A stretch of 64,000 nucleotides of DNA, from positions 11,157-75,156 of IMG/VR virus record IMGVR_UViG_3300020020_000027, one strand, 5' to 3'. The position numbers and the translations under genes are program-made. Numbering within the stretch: the stretch's first letter is position 1; each line of letters starts with the position of its first letter. This stretch comes from a virus. The notes below the pieces were generated by a model. It ran no database searches, was not told the origin of the DNA, and worked only from the letters and a program-made list of their open reading frames with translations. This document shows positions 1-9,308 of the stretch, piece by piece.

Positions 1-157
1 TGATTGGGTGGTGCAGGTCCGTCCGGACGGCACCATACCTGATCCCATATTGAATAGAGAAAAGAGCTTTCCTCAGGAACGGGGGGTGGCTCGCGCCAGA
101 ATTGAACGAGCAAGAGAAGCATTGGATAGATTGAATCAACAATCATTGGATAAGTAG

Positions 158-1714
158 ATGGAGCTATTTGACTTTCAAGCAGAAACAGTAGAGCGACTTG
201 AACCAAAACGAGGATCACTAATAGCCCACGACATGGGCACCGGGAAAACTGTGACAGCAATTGCCTTAGATAAATCACGTAGACAAAGCTTTGATAATCC
301 AGCTAAAACACTTATTATTTGTCCACTATCTGTGATTGATACTTGGGTCAAACATTTTAAACTATGGGCACCTGAACTTAAATTAGCTTGGGTCAACAAC
401 AAAAACAGGCGACCCTTCATGGAAGCCATGGATGCCACTTTCCGTAATGCTAATAGCATTGGCTATGATGTCTTTATCATGCACTATGCAGCAGTCAGAC
501 TTGAGCCTGACGTAGCTAGGTATCCATGGTTCCATGTTATTTCAGATGAAGTACACGCACTACAGGATAGAAAATCCTCTCAGACCAAGGCAGTAAAGAA
601 GATACCAGCGTTTTATAAAACCGGACTTTCTGGTACTCCAGTCTTCAACAAGCCTGACGATCTCTGGTCAATCCTCAATTGGCTATACCCGAAATATTGG
701 ACCAGCTATTGGGCCTATTTCAAACGCTATATAAAGTGGGTTGAGTACGACGGATATCGAACTATAATCGGGGTAGAAAACGAAGAAGAACTACAACAGG
801 TTATGGCAGGCTTCTATAGTCGAGTAAAAAAAGAGGACGTAATTAAAGATCTTCCGGACAAGTACTTCAGTGTAGTTAAAACTCGGATGCACCCCAAGCA
901 AGAAAAAGCCTACAAGCAAATGAAGCGCGATATGTTGGCGTGGATTGGTGAGCATGAAGACGAGCCAGTAAATGCACCGGTAGTACTTGCTCAACTTACT
1001 AGACTACAGCAGTTCGCTTCCGCCTACGCAGAAATCATCAAGACGACAAAGAAGCGCAAGAACTGCTATGAATGCGGTCAATTACACATTGAATCTTGCG
1101 AAACTTGTGGACCAATATACGAAAAATATGAAAAAGCAATCGACAATTATGCTATAGACTATGATGAAGAAGTTGGCCTGCCGCAATTCGGAAGTAATTG
1201 TGAAAATCTGAAGCAGGTAAAGTGTATTGGTCATCCACATGAATTCGTTCAACTGTCCGAGCCGAGCTGTAAAGTAGACGCTGCGATTGAATTGATTCAA
1301 GCATCAGATGAGCCGATTATCTTCTTTAGTCAATTCGCACAAATGGCCACTCTCCTTGCTAAGAGATGTGAAAAACTAGGAATCAGTTGTGGTCTCTACA
1401 CTGGCTCAGTTACTAAGGAAAATCGGGATAAGATAGTTGAAGACTTCCAAAGTGGCAAGCTAAAGGTCTTCTCTGGCAGCATCAAGGCGGGTGGCCAGGG
1501 TCTAACCCTCACTGCGTCGTCAACGGTCGGCCTACTCAACCGAGAATGGGCAGAATCACTCAACGACCAGGCAATTGACCGAGCCCATCGGATCGGCCAG
1601 AAGAATGCCGTTCACGTAATTGATTTTGTTACCGAAGAAAGTATTGATGAAGAGCGTAATTTGGAAATTGCCTTGGATTGGCAAGTAATTAAAAAGTTAC
1701 TAGGTGAACTATGA
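158..1714 (+). CDS. SNF2-family (SF2) DNA helicase
   Basis: Motifs HDMGTGKT (Walker A), DEVH, LSGTP and C-terminal GGQGLTLT...QAIDRAHRIGQ; carries a Cys-rich insert. Confidence 0.92.
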   Translation: MELFDFQAETVERLEPKRGSLIAHDMGTGKTVTAIALDKSRRQSFDNPAKTLIICPLSVIDTWVKHFKLWAPELKLAWVNNKNRRPFMEAMDATFRNANSIGYDVFIMHYAAVRLEPDVARYPWFHVISDEVHALQDRKSSQTKAVKKIPAFYKTGLSGTPVFNKPDDLWSILNWLYPKYWTSYWAYFKRYIKWVEYDGYRTIIGVENEEELQQVMAGFYSRVKKEDVIKDLPDKYFSVVKTRMHPKQEKAYKQMKRDMLAWIGEHEDEPVNAPVVLAQLTRLQQFASAYAEIIKTTKKRKNCYECGQLHIESCETCGPIYEKYEKAIDNYAIDYDEEVGLPQFGSNCENLKQVKCIGHPHEFVQLSEPSCKVDAAIELIQASDEPIIFFSQFAQMATLLAKRCEKLGISCGLYTGSVTKENRDKIVEDFQSGKLKVFSGSIKAGGQGLTLTASSTVGLLNREWAESLNDQAIDRAHRIGQKNAVHVIDFVTEESIDEERNLEIALDWQVIKKLLGEL

Positions 1715-1871
1715 AAAAACTAGCACCGGGTATGACTGTGCAGAGCGCCAGGAATTCCTGGCGAGTTGCGTACTGTGTTCGGTGTGGTTGGTGTAGTGAG
1801 CTTTTGTCATATGCCAACGCGAAAAAACTAGCCTGTGACGAAGACTCTCATATATGTAAAAGGAATACTAA

Positions 1872-2273
1872 ATGAACTTCATTCACAGAACACCAAGATT
1901 ACACCAGAATCCAAATGATCCTGCATATCACATGCTATACACTGGACACACATCTACTCCCAAAGTTCATCGCATGGGCTGCTATATCTGCTCGGATATG
2001 GAATTCGCTCGGATAGGAATGCCACTTTGTAACCTTTGCTGTGCCTGTGCTCAATTGGGTAAGGAAGGTCACATACCCGCCGATGACAGTTATTGCGATG
2101 ACTGTAGACATACACTATGCGAAGACTGTGTTAATTTACCCGCACAAAAAGAACCTATTTGCACTTGCAACACGCCATGTTGTGAGGTTGACGTTGGTGT
2201 CGGCATCATAACTTGCGAAAGCAAGCACTGTCCAACACACGGAGAAAACAATGACAAGAGCGAGATTAAGTAA
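1872..2273 (+). CDS. Cys-rich hypothetical protein
   Basis: AAGGA RBS; many CxxC pairs; co-directional with neighbours. Confidence 0.6.
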   Translation: MNFIHRTPRLHQNPNDPAYHMLYTGHTSTPKVHRMGCYICSDMEFARIGMPLCNLCCACAQLGKEGHIPADDSYCDDCRHTLCEDCVNLPAQKEPICTCNTPCCEVDVGVGIITCESKHCPTHGENNDKSEIK

Positions 2274-2548
2274 GGAAGAACTAGAACTTATCGAAGATGC
2301 TTTGATATATTATGGGGTTTCGAACTTAGATTTGCGCGTGGTAATATCCACAATAATTAGAAAGATTAAAGTAACCAAGGGTCAGTCACCATACGAAACC
2401 ATCATGATGGAGCCATACAAATGAGTTGTCAAGAATGTAACAAACTAAGAAACACACCAATATTTTTCCAATTGCTGCAAGACTGGTTCAAGATGAGTGC
2501 AGATAAAGTCACTAGTATCTTTCATCGGAAAGGACATAAGATCTTCTG

Positions 2549-3256
2549 ATGCAACAAAAAACCAGGACGGTAGTTCTCACTCCGTCTAGGTCACGACCAA
2601 ATAAGCTAGATAGAATGCTAAATTCTATCGCATCACTGTCCGTTGGTGAAGTGGCAGTCTATGTCGGAATAGATATGGATGACCCAAGTTACCAAGACTA
2701 CCAAGACCTACTAAAGAAATACAAAATCCTAACAATATTCAATGATTCTAGGAAGACTCTTTCGGCCTGGACAAACTCTCTGTCCACAGCCGCACTATAT
2801 TCCTATGGAGTGGATGGAACTTATCTAGTTTCCATGGGCGACGATCACGAAGTGAAATCTGACTTGTGGAACCTTTCTCTGATGAATTCCATTCATGCCC
2901 TAGATGGACCAGGCTTTGCCTACGGGGACGACACAATAAATGGATCTGGGCTATGTACCGCCTGGATGGCCTCAGGTAAAGTGGTTAACGCGCTAGGCTG
3001 GATGATGCTGCCAAACTGCAAGCACTTCTATGTAGACAATGCCATTATGGAACTTGGTCAAACCTCAAATCGGATTGCATACAGACCAAAAGTTGTGATT
3101 GAGCATCTGCACCCAGTAATTGAGAAATCGGAAATAGATAAGACTTATATAGATGCTAGTAGTAACATCGAAAAAGATTTATTAGCTTTTCGAAACTGGC
3201 ATGTTGGAGCACAATTCCATCAAGATGTTCAAACAATCTTAGAGGTGACGTGGTAA
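2549..3256 (+). CDS. Putative GT-A fold glycosyltransferase
   Basis: N-terminal LTPSRSRP, GIDMDDP, acidic MGDDH motif, HFYVDN and C-terminal IEHLHP, typical of phage GT2-like proteins. Confidence 0.7.
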   Translation: MQQKTRTVVLTPSRSRPNKLDRMLNSIASLSVGEVAVYVGIDMDDPSYQDYQDLLKKYKILTIFNDSRKTLSAWTNSLSTAALYSYGVDGTYLVSMGDDHEVKSDLWNLSLMNSIHALDGPGFAYGDDTINGSGLCTAWMASGKVVNALGWMMLPNCKHFYVDNAIMELGQTSNRIAYRPKVVIEHLHPVIEKSEIDKTYIDASSNIEKDLLAFRNWHVGAQFHQDVQTILEVTW

Positions 3257-3579
3257 TCTTGCTTAATGAAATGGCCAAAGAGTTTCATAGCCTTAATGTG
3301 GACAAAGGCTTTTGGGATGATTCAAGAGACCCACTTAAAGTCCTCATGTTAATCGTGACGGAACTCTCTGAGGCAGCCGAGGAATTTAGGCATGACCAAC
3401 CAGCCAACCACACATACTACCTGGGTCCAGAACCAAAAGGTGTGCCTATAGAAATGGCGGACGCCATTATTCGTATTCTGGACGCATGTGCTGCTTGGGG
3501 GATTGACCTAGACGAAGCAGTAATGATAAAGTATCACTACAACAAGACCCGTCCATTCATGCACGGTAAGAAAAGCTAA
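3250..3579 (+). CDS. MazG-like nucleotide pyrophosphohydrolase
   Basis: LIVTELSEAAEEFR...EMADAIIRILD...KYHYNKTR ExxE/ExxD pattern. Confidence 0.82.
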   Translation: MVILLNEMAKEFHSLNVDKGFWDDSRDPLKVLMLIVTELSEAAEEFRHDQPANHTYYLGPEPKGVPIEMADAIIRILDACAAWGIDLDEAVMIKYHYNKTRPFMHGKKS

Positions 3580-3593
3580 CCGGAGGAATAGAA

Positions 3594-3872
3594 GTGCGGA
3601 TTCCCACACTAGGCCGAACAGTTCACTATCGCGGCAAGGAAGGCGTTAAGGCCCTACGTGCCGCTATTGTTTCCTGTACAGTTGAGGAGCTTGACCAACA
3701 AAACGTTCTTGATGGGCACATTTCCGATCTAGACGATGAAATGCATGTACATCTGCACGTAATTACTCCGGGAGCGCGAGGTCACTTTGAGGAATTCAAT
3801 GTTCCTTTTGGCGAGCCACAGACTGATGGAAAAATCCCTCCGGGCACTTGGTGCTGGCCTAAACTGGTTTAA
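3594..3872 (+). CDS. Hypothetical phage protein
   Basis: GGAGG RBS with GTG start; PTLGRTVHY...RAAIV...PGTWCWP pattern. Confidence 0.7.
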   Translation: MRIPTLGRTVHYRGKEGVKALRAAIVSCTVEELDQQNVLDGHISDLDDEMHVHLHVITPGARGHFEEFNVPFGEPQTDGKIPPGTWCWPKLV

Positions 3873-3970
3873 TCAACAATCAGGAGACTATAAAGCACTG
3901 ATTGGTTTGGGCGTATTAGGGTTCGTTGATTATTTTCTGGGTTTTGCTTTGATTATTTATTTTGACTTAT

Positions 3971-4184
3971 AGTGGTCTGGGCAGCCAAGTAAGAATAAGA
4001 GGCATTGTGTTGGGCTGACCGGACACTGCATCTTCAAGATGCCTCTTATCACCACTTAAGCTGAGGAGACACCTTTATTGTTGCGATTCACCCTCGGACT
4101 TCACTTTGGAAGTTGTGTGACTTTATCTTATCTAGTTTTGAGGGTCACACCAATGATACGATTGGGTTCAAGAGGTGTCTCCTC
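3971..4184 (+). ncRNA. Candidate structured non-coding RNA(s), two long stem-closed domains upstream of tRNA-Gln
   Basis: ATAAGAGGCAT (3995-4005) pairs with ATGCCTCTTAT (4039-4049); GAGGAGACACCT (4063-4074) pairs with AGGTGTCTCCTC (4173-4184), with internal hairpins. Confidence 0.4.
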
Positions 4185-4188
4185 TTTA

Positions 4189-4259
4189 TGGAGTATAGTG
4201 TAATGGTAGCACGCTTGCCTTTGGAGCAGGCAGTTTAGGTTCGAACCCTGATACTCCAG
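4189..4259 (+). tRNA. tRNA-Gln (UUG)
   Basis: Acceptor TGGAGTA/TACTCCA, D loop with TGGT, anticodon arm CTTGC-CTTTGGA-GCAGG, T loop GTTCGAAC. Confidence 0.92.
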
Positions 4260-4260
4260 C

Positions 4261-4650
4261 ATGTATGAAATAACAAAAATCCTTGAGTGTGAGGACTGCG
4301 GTCGAGTATTAAAAACCTTGACTGAATACGAAAACCAACAGGTTGCGACAAATCCATACAATTATATTTCTTACTGCGATGAATGTAAAGCTAGTCGCGC
4401 CAAACGGGGTGAAGCAGCAATCTACGCAATTCATCCTGGCTGGATAACCTCACTATATGATGGTGATCGACACTATATTGGAGTGGGCTCATTAGTTCGA
4501 CTTTATGAATTAAGAACAGGGGAATGGATCCCTTGGCACAATAATAAAGGACGTGATCCGAATAAATACATCCACCTTTATCCAAGACCAGACGGAAACT
4601 ACGGTAGGCCAGAAGATGTCAAAGGACAGACCAAACAGGATAACGTTTAA
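4261..4650 (+). CDS. Hypothetical protein with CxxC pairs
   Basis: ORF directly after the tRNA; CEDC and CDEC motifs. Confidence 0.55.
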   Translation: MYEITKILECEDCGRVLKTLTEYENQQVATNPYNYISYCDECKASRAKRGEAAIYAIHPGWITSLYDGDRHYIGVGSLVRLYELRTGEWIPWHNNKGRDPNKYIHLYPRPDGNYGRPEDVKGQTKQDNV

Positions 4651-4831
4651 TATAAATGACATCGACTCCGAAACACTAACGAAGCTTTCCGAAGATACCG
4701 GACAGACCAAGACAAACGTGCTAATTAGGTCAATCAAACTTTATTCTCTCTTGTACAGATCAATAGAGGATGGTAGCAAGTTAGTGATAAGATCTTCCAA
4801 CGGTGATGAGGAAGTAATTAGGTTCCTTTAG
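4616..4831 (+). CDS. Ribbon-helix-helix (CopG-like) DNA-binding protein
   Basis: RITFNI strand followed by helix LTKLSEDTG and helix KTNVLIRSIKLY; start refined to ATG 4616. Confidence 0.65.
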   Translation: MSKDRPNRITFNINDIDSETLTKLSEDTGQTKTNVLIRSIKLYSLLYRSIEDGSKLVIRSSNGDEEVIRFL

Positions 4832-4848
4832 ACTGAAGGATTCATTAA

Positions 4849-5163
4849 ATGATCGTATGGATTAGCGTCAGTAACTCTGACGACAGATTGTCTTCCATTC
4901 TTTGGGCAGAATATATCAAAGAGGTAGACAAGGTGATATCCCACCACGTATTTGAAACTCATGCAGCCATGGTACACTCTCTACCTACCTCACACTCTAT
5001 GGATTGTCATTGGTGTGTTGATTTAGGTAAAGGTACATTCATGCAATCCAATTTAGTCCGAGAGCTAACTAAGGTTGCTAAGGTATTTAGGCAGGACAAA
5101 ATCGTTTGGTACGAGTGCAAAGCAACCCACCATATTCTTGGGGTTGATAATGAATTGGAATGA
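4849..5163 (+). CDS. Hypothetical phage protein
   Basis: AAGGA RBS; coupled to the next gene. Confidence 0.65.
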   Translation: MIVWISVSNSDDRLSSILWAEYIKEVDKVISHHVFETHAAMVHSLPTSHSMDCHWCVDLGKGTFMQSNLVRELTKVAKVFRQDKIVWYECKATHHILGVDNELE

Positions 5164-5365
5164 CATTTCACCTGAAAATGCAATGGGATTAGATCTAACC
5201 GAACGCTTGGACATCACAGCCCCGCTTAACGAAGAAGGAGTTCGCTGTCCTTGGCCTTGGGAACCACAAACACTAACTAATCCTCCCTTTGGACAATACC
5301 ACTGCGGATATTGTGGAGCCATGGTACTAGCGGGAGTTCCACATATAGACTATAGGGAAGATTGA
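5150..5365 (+). CDS. Small Zn-ribbon-like hypothetical protein
   Basis: CPWPW...HCGYCG; stop overlaps the next start. Confidence 0.6.
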   Translation: MNWNDISPENAMGLDLTERLDITAPLNEEGVRCPWPWEPQTLTNPPFGQYHCGYCGAMVLAGVPHIDYRED

Positions 5366-6546
5366 TGGATGTTCAGAAATACATAGATCTAGGTTTAATC
5401 CATTCTATTCATACTTCTGAGCGTCGATCTTTCAGGGGCTGCCGTCGTCGATGGGACTGGTCATATCGACAGAACTACCACCCTACGGTAACGCCAAAAC
5501 CACTTGAATTCGGCACAGCTTATCACATTGCCATGGAAGTTTGGTATGAGCCAACTAATTGGTTTGGTGATAGAACCAAACAAGCTAGTCTGGCACTGGA
5601 AGCCTTCCAGGATACCGTACAGGACCAATACAGTAGATACATTGAACTAAACGGTACCCCGGAAGATGAAATCATCGAGAGCTATAAAGACAGCTTGATA
5701 CTTGGTAGTGATATGGTTCGGTATTATACAAATAAAATAAGTCCAAAGATCGACCAAGACTGGACCCCAATAGCAGTAGAAATTCCTTTCGAGGTCAGCT
5801 TGGGATTCACCTGCAAATGTGAAGCTTGTTGGAAATTGTACTACGAATACCTGATTAAGCATGTATTTAGTAAGTACGAGCATATAAAGACTGAAGAGGA
5901 AATAAAAGCTAATTTCCCTGGTCTGCCCGTAACCTTCGGTGGACGAATCGATGCCATCTTCAAGGATATTCAGGATCGCATATTTTGTGTTGACTGGAAA
6001 ACGACATCCAGAATTCTAGACGATTACGATGAAGCTGCGTTCCTCGAACTGGACGACCAGGTAGCAGGGTACCCAGTGGCGATTCGCAAGCTTGGGCGCC
6101 GCGTGGATGGCTTCATTTACCACGAACAGCGAAAGGCCGTGCCCGAGCCACCCAAGCAGCTTCAGCGGGCATACAAGGGTAGAGTTTTCAGTACTAATAA
6201 GACATCCGCAGTCGAGCACGAAAGCTTTGTTAATGCCGTTATGGCAGAAGACGCACGTGCATATAATATGGGATTATATGACGAGTACCTAGAATTCCTT
6301 CAGGGTAATATGGCCCCAAAATTCTATCAACGACATGTTATATACAAAACTGATATACAGATCGAAAATTTCTGGAATGATTTAATCAGTGAAGCCAAAG
6401 ACATGCTGATGGAACCGAGAGTCTATCCTCAACCATCTCGGTTCAGTTGTAATTCATGCATGTACCGAGTGCCTTGCGACGGACAGAATCGTGGCGAGGA
6501 TTTTTCTTACACACTAAACACACTATTTGTTCGGGACAGACAATGA
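5362..6546 (+). CDS. Cas4/AddB-like PD-(D/E)XK exonuclease
   Basis: FRGCRRRW, GTAYH, GRIDAI...VDWKT, QVAGY and C-terminal CNSCMYRVPC (Fe-S cysteines). Confidence 0.88.
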   Translation: MMDVQKYIDLGLIHSIHTSERRSFRGCRRRWDWSYRQNYHPTVTPKPLEFGTAYHIAMEVWYEPTNWFGDRTKQASLALEAFQDTVQDQYSRYIELNGTPEDEIIESYKDSLILGSDMVRYYTNKISPKIDQDWTPIAVEIPFEVSLGFTCKCEACWKLYYEYLIKHVFSKYEHIKTEEEIKANFPGLPVTFGGRIDAIFKDIQDRIFCVDWKTTSRILDDYDEAAFLELDDQVAGYPVAIRKLGRRVDGFIYHEQRKAVPEPPKQLQRAYKGRVFSTNKTSAVEHESFVNAVMAEDARAYNMGLYDEYLEFLQGNMAPKFYQRHVIYKTDIQIENFWNDLISEAKDMLMEPRVYPQPSRFSCNSCMYRVPCDGQNRGEDFSYTLNTLFVRDRQ

Positions 6547-6887
6547 CTACTTTATATCGACTAATTGAGGAAATGAAGCATTGCAACGAAAAAGCTGTTG
6601 AGTTTTCTGCGAAGTTCAACAAAAGAGCCGAATTTCTTGAGGGATTGTCCAACAATCGCGCAGAAAACGCAGGAATATTAGATCCATTTAAGAAAGCTCA
6701 GAGATTAAGAGCATTAAAAAGAGACGACCACATGCTAGAAGATTTCGGTAAAGCTCAATCATTCTTCAAAGGTGAAGTGGAACGGATATCAGCATATTTG
6801 AACGGGTTGTTGGCTTACAAACAGCTAATTGGTATTAGGCCAACTATGGACCCGCACGATGAGATCCACATAGATTACGGTCTATGA
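6543..6887 (+). CDS. Hypothetical protein
   Basis: ATGA overlap with the nuclease stop; helical composition. Confidence 0.6.
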   Translation: MTTLYRLIEEMKHCNEKAVEFSAKFNKRAEFLEGLSNNRAENAGILDPFKKAQRLRALKRDDHMLEDFGKAQSFFKGEVERISAYLNGLLAYKQLIGIRPTMDPHDEIHIDYGL

Positions 6888-6898
6888 CTCTACTGCTC

Positions 6899-6927
6899 TG
6901 GACAGGTCTAGACACACGTGATAGGCT
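6899..6927 (+). promoter_or_regulatory. Putative housekeeping-sigma promoter
   Basis: TGGACA-N17-TAGGCT in the gap upstream of the ATPase gene. Confidence 0.5.
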
Positions 6928-6966
6928 ACTGACACCTGTGACAACACAACGGACAAAGGCGACAAT

Positions 6967-7701
6967 GTGTCAGTCAAGCAAATTGCTGATCTGCCTATTT
7001 ACGAAGTCAAAGACAGAACTCCAAAATTCAACTTTCTAGTTTATGGTGAAAGCGGTGTTGGAAAGACTAGGTTCTGTGGATCAGTGATTGAAGTTCCGGA
7101 ACTTTGTCCAGCTCTGTTACTTGACGTCGAGGGTGGCAGTCTCACGCTTAAAACTATTTATCCAGGTCTTGAGTGTGTCCGAATCGATACTTGGGAAAAA
7201 CTAAAAAAGGTTTATTCCCGACTTAAGAGCCATCCAGACCATGGTTACAAAACTCTAATCATTGACAGTGTAACTGAAATGCAAAAGATGGGCATGGATT
7301 ATACCATGCGCATTCGTAAAGACGGAGACGATCTAAACGTACCTGAACTGAAAGAATGGAACATCAACATTGAACAGGTCAGAAGGTACGTTAGGGCTTT
7401 CCGAGATCTAGAAGGTATCAACACACTTTTTACTGCTTTAGTAAGAGTTGATACGGATAAGCGAACCGGACTATCCAGGAAGAAGCCATCACTTAATGGT
7501 AAAGTGGCCGACGAAGTGTGTGGTTTCCTAGACATTGTTACTTACTTAGGCATGGAGGAAGTGGACAAGGTAAATACACGAATCTTACAAACTGGAAATA
7601 CTCCAGGGACAATTGCCAAGGACCGATCTAATTTCTTGCCGATGCTAATAGCCAATCCCACGATGCTAGACATATACAAACATATTAATCAGGAAGGCTG
7701 A
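6967..7701 (+). CDS. Sak4-like (AAA_24) ATPase, probable single-strand annealing recombinase
   Basis: YGESGVGKT Walker A, LLDVEGG, IIDSVTE Walker B and AKDR; lies between exonuclease and SSB-like gene. Confidence 0.85.
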   Translation: MSVKQIADLPIYEVKDRTPKFNFLVYGESGVGKTRFCGSVIEVPELCPALLLDVEGGSLTLKTIYPGLECVRIDTWEKLKKVYSRLKSHPDHGYKTLIIDSVTEMQKMGMDYTMRIRKDGDDLNVPELKEWNINIEQVRRYVRAFRDLEGINTLFTALVRVDTDKRTGLSRKKPSLNGKVADEVCGFLDIVTYLGMEEVDKVNTRILQTGNTPGTIAKDRSNFLPMLIANPTMLDIYKHINQEG

Positions 7702-7706
7702 TTCAG

Positions 7707-8213
7707 GTGACCTTTAAGCTAAACATGTCCGATAAAGAGGCAGAATCTAAGGAATTTGAATTTCCTCCGAGTGGCGAATATCTTTGCAGAATTACTGACC
7801 TTGAACTCAAGTCTGTACAGAAGCCTGGCGACAGCTTCGGCAATCCATTTTGGAAAGTTACCCTGGTTGTAGAAAAGGTCTTCGCTGCAAATTCTGAGCA
7901 GTATGTGGGAACGACTATTCCGACCAGTGTTATGCTCTACAAAGGCGCGCTTTACTCGATTAAGCAGCTTTGTGAGGCACTACACCCAGAATTCATTGAA
8001 GGTAAGGACATTAACCTTCCTTCGGCAGAAAACGGCGCCCCTGATCCCGATCCATGGTTGGGTCAATTGGTGAAAATTAAAGGGGTTAAGTTTGCCGAAA
8101 ACACCCGGCGCAAGGATGGTACTACTCGTGAATATGCCGAGTTTCAAATCAGATACCGCGCTGCCAAGAGTGATAGCAAGACTAGCGACAATGGGCTGCC
8201 TTTGCCTTCCTGA
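7707..8213 (+). CDS. Putative single-stranded DNA-binding protein (DUF669-like)
   Basis: PPSGEYLCRITDLELK...GNP N-terminus, DxxLPLP tail, synteny after the Sak4-like gene. Confidence 0.6.
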   Translation: MTFKLNMSDKEAESKEFEFPPSGEYLCRITDLELKSVQKPGDSFGNPFWKVTLVVEKVFAANSEQYVGTTIPTSVMLYKGALYSIKQLCEALHPEFIEGKDINLPSAENGAPDPDPWLGQLVKIKGVKFAENTRRKDGTTREYAEFQIRYRAAKSDSKTSDNGLPLPS

Positions 8214-8230
8214 TCTATAAATCAGACCTA

Positions 8231-8266
8231 ACAACCCAGTAAAGCCTTATGGCTTTGCTGGGTTGT
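8231..8266 (+). terminator. Intergenic hairpin (terminator or processing site)
   Basis: ACAACCCAGTAAAGCC-TTAT-GGCTTTGCTGGGTTGT, 16-bp stem. Confidence 0.55.
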
Positions 8267-8285
8267 ACAACATTTGACTAGGTGA

Positions 8286-9308
8286 TTGTTGTTTAATCCA
8301 TATGAAATTAGTGCACTATCGTATTTTGATGCCGGATTCAGTCCACTTCCTGCTAATGGGAAACTTCTAGCAGTTAAAGAAGCCTCTGGACGACACCCAA
8401 TGGCTAACATAGATAAAATAAAATCTTGGATATCTACACACAAATCATTCAATGTAGCATTAAGACTCCCACTAAATGTAATAGCACTTGACATAGATGC
8501 TTACAAGGGAGACCTTGAAAGATTAAAGAAGACCGAAGATGAATTGGGCAAGCTGCCTACTACGTGGAATTCGGACTCCCGTGGAGGACAGGGCGGCAAG
8601 GTATTATACCGAATCCCTGAAGCATTAGCATCAAAGAAATGGCTCAGCAATATCAATGGAATTACCATAATACAACACACCCACCGTTATGTTATGGTTC
8701 TTCCATCATATAATAGAGAATCAGAAACCAGATACATGTGGTATCAAGGTTTGGGCGGGCAGATAATTCCCGGTTATTACATACCTACGGTTCATGATAT
8801 TGCTGAATTGCCAATCGAATGGGCGCAGGCACTAAAAAGGGATGACCAGATGACTTTCAATTCCAACTCGGAAGTGAATAATCTGGGGCTTGAGATATTC
8901 GATGAAGTGCCTCCCTGTAAATACATGACCATATTAATCAGAATGTGTAAAGAGAAGTTGTATGAATCTTACGACTTCGGCCTTCATGACACAGGTCTAT
9001 CGATTCTGGCCTTACTACTGCGCGCTGCCGCCGACGGACACAGCGGAATATTCGACGCAATAGAAGAAATGTCTCAAGTATATTGTTCTGCATCTCGTCC
9101 GAGGGATTTAGCAATTGATTGGGACAACATACTGTCATGGCAATTGGCCCAAGTAGACGCAAGAGATATAAGCACAGTTGACTCTTGTGAGCTAAACATT
9201 TTTTTAGAAAACCAGATTGAAGCCGAAGTAAGAATGCTTATTGCGACGGGGATGACCGAGTTTAGAGCAAGAAGGCTACTAAATGGCAGAAGAGGCAGGT
9301 TAATGTGA
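8286..9308 (+). CDS. Bifunctional primase-polymerase (prim-pol)
   Basis: YFDAGFSPLP...NVAL...IALDID...YVMVLPS motifs of the AEP prim-pol domain. Confidence 0.8.
   Translation: MLFNPYEISALSYFDAGFSPLPANGKLLAVKEASGRHPMANIDKIKSWISTHKSFNVALRLPLNVIALDIDAYKGDLERLKKTEDELGKLPTTWNSDSRGGQGGKVLYRIPEALASKKWLSNINGITIIQHTHRYVMVLPSYNRESETRYMWYQGLGGQIIPGYYIPTVHDIAELPIEWAQALKRDDQMTFNSNSEVNNLGLEIFDEVPPCKYMTILIRMCKEKLYESYDFGLHDTGLSILALLLRAAADGHSGIFDAIEEMSQVYCSASRPRDLAIDWDNILSWQLAQVDARDISTVDSCELNIFLENQIEAEVRMLIATGMTEFRARRLLNGRRGRLM

Noticed and set aside
1050-1245. Mini-intein or intron in the helicase inserts
   Set aside because: The inserts are too short, lack a C-terminal His-Asn plus nucleophile junction, and do not break the frame.
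5362-6546. Cas4-like nuclease as part of a CRISPR-Cas system
   Set aside because: No other cas genes or array. The context (Sak4-like ATPase, SSB-like gene) is a standard phage recombination module.
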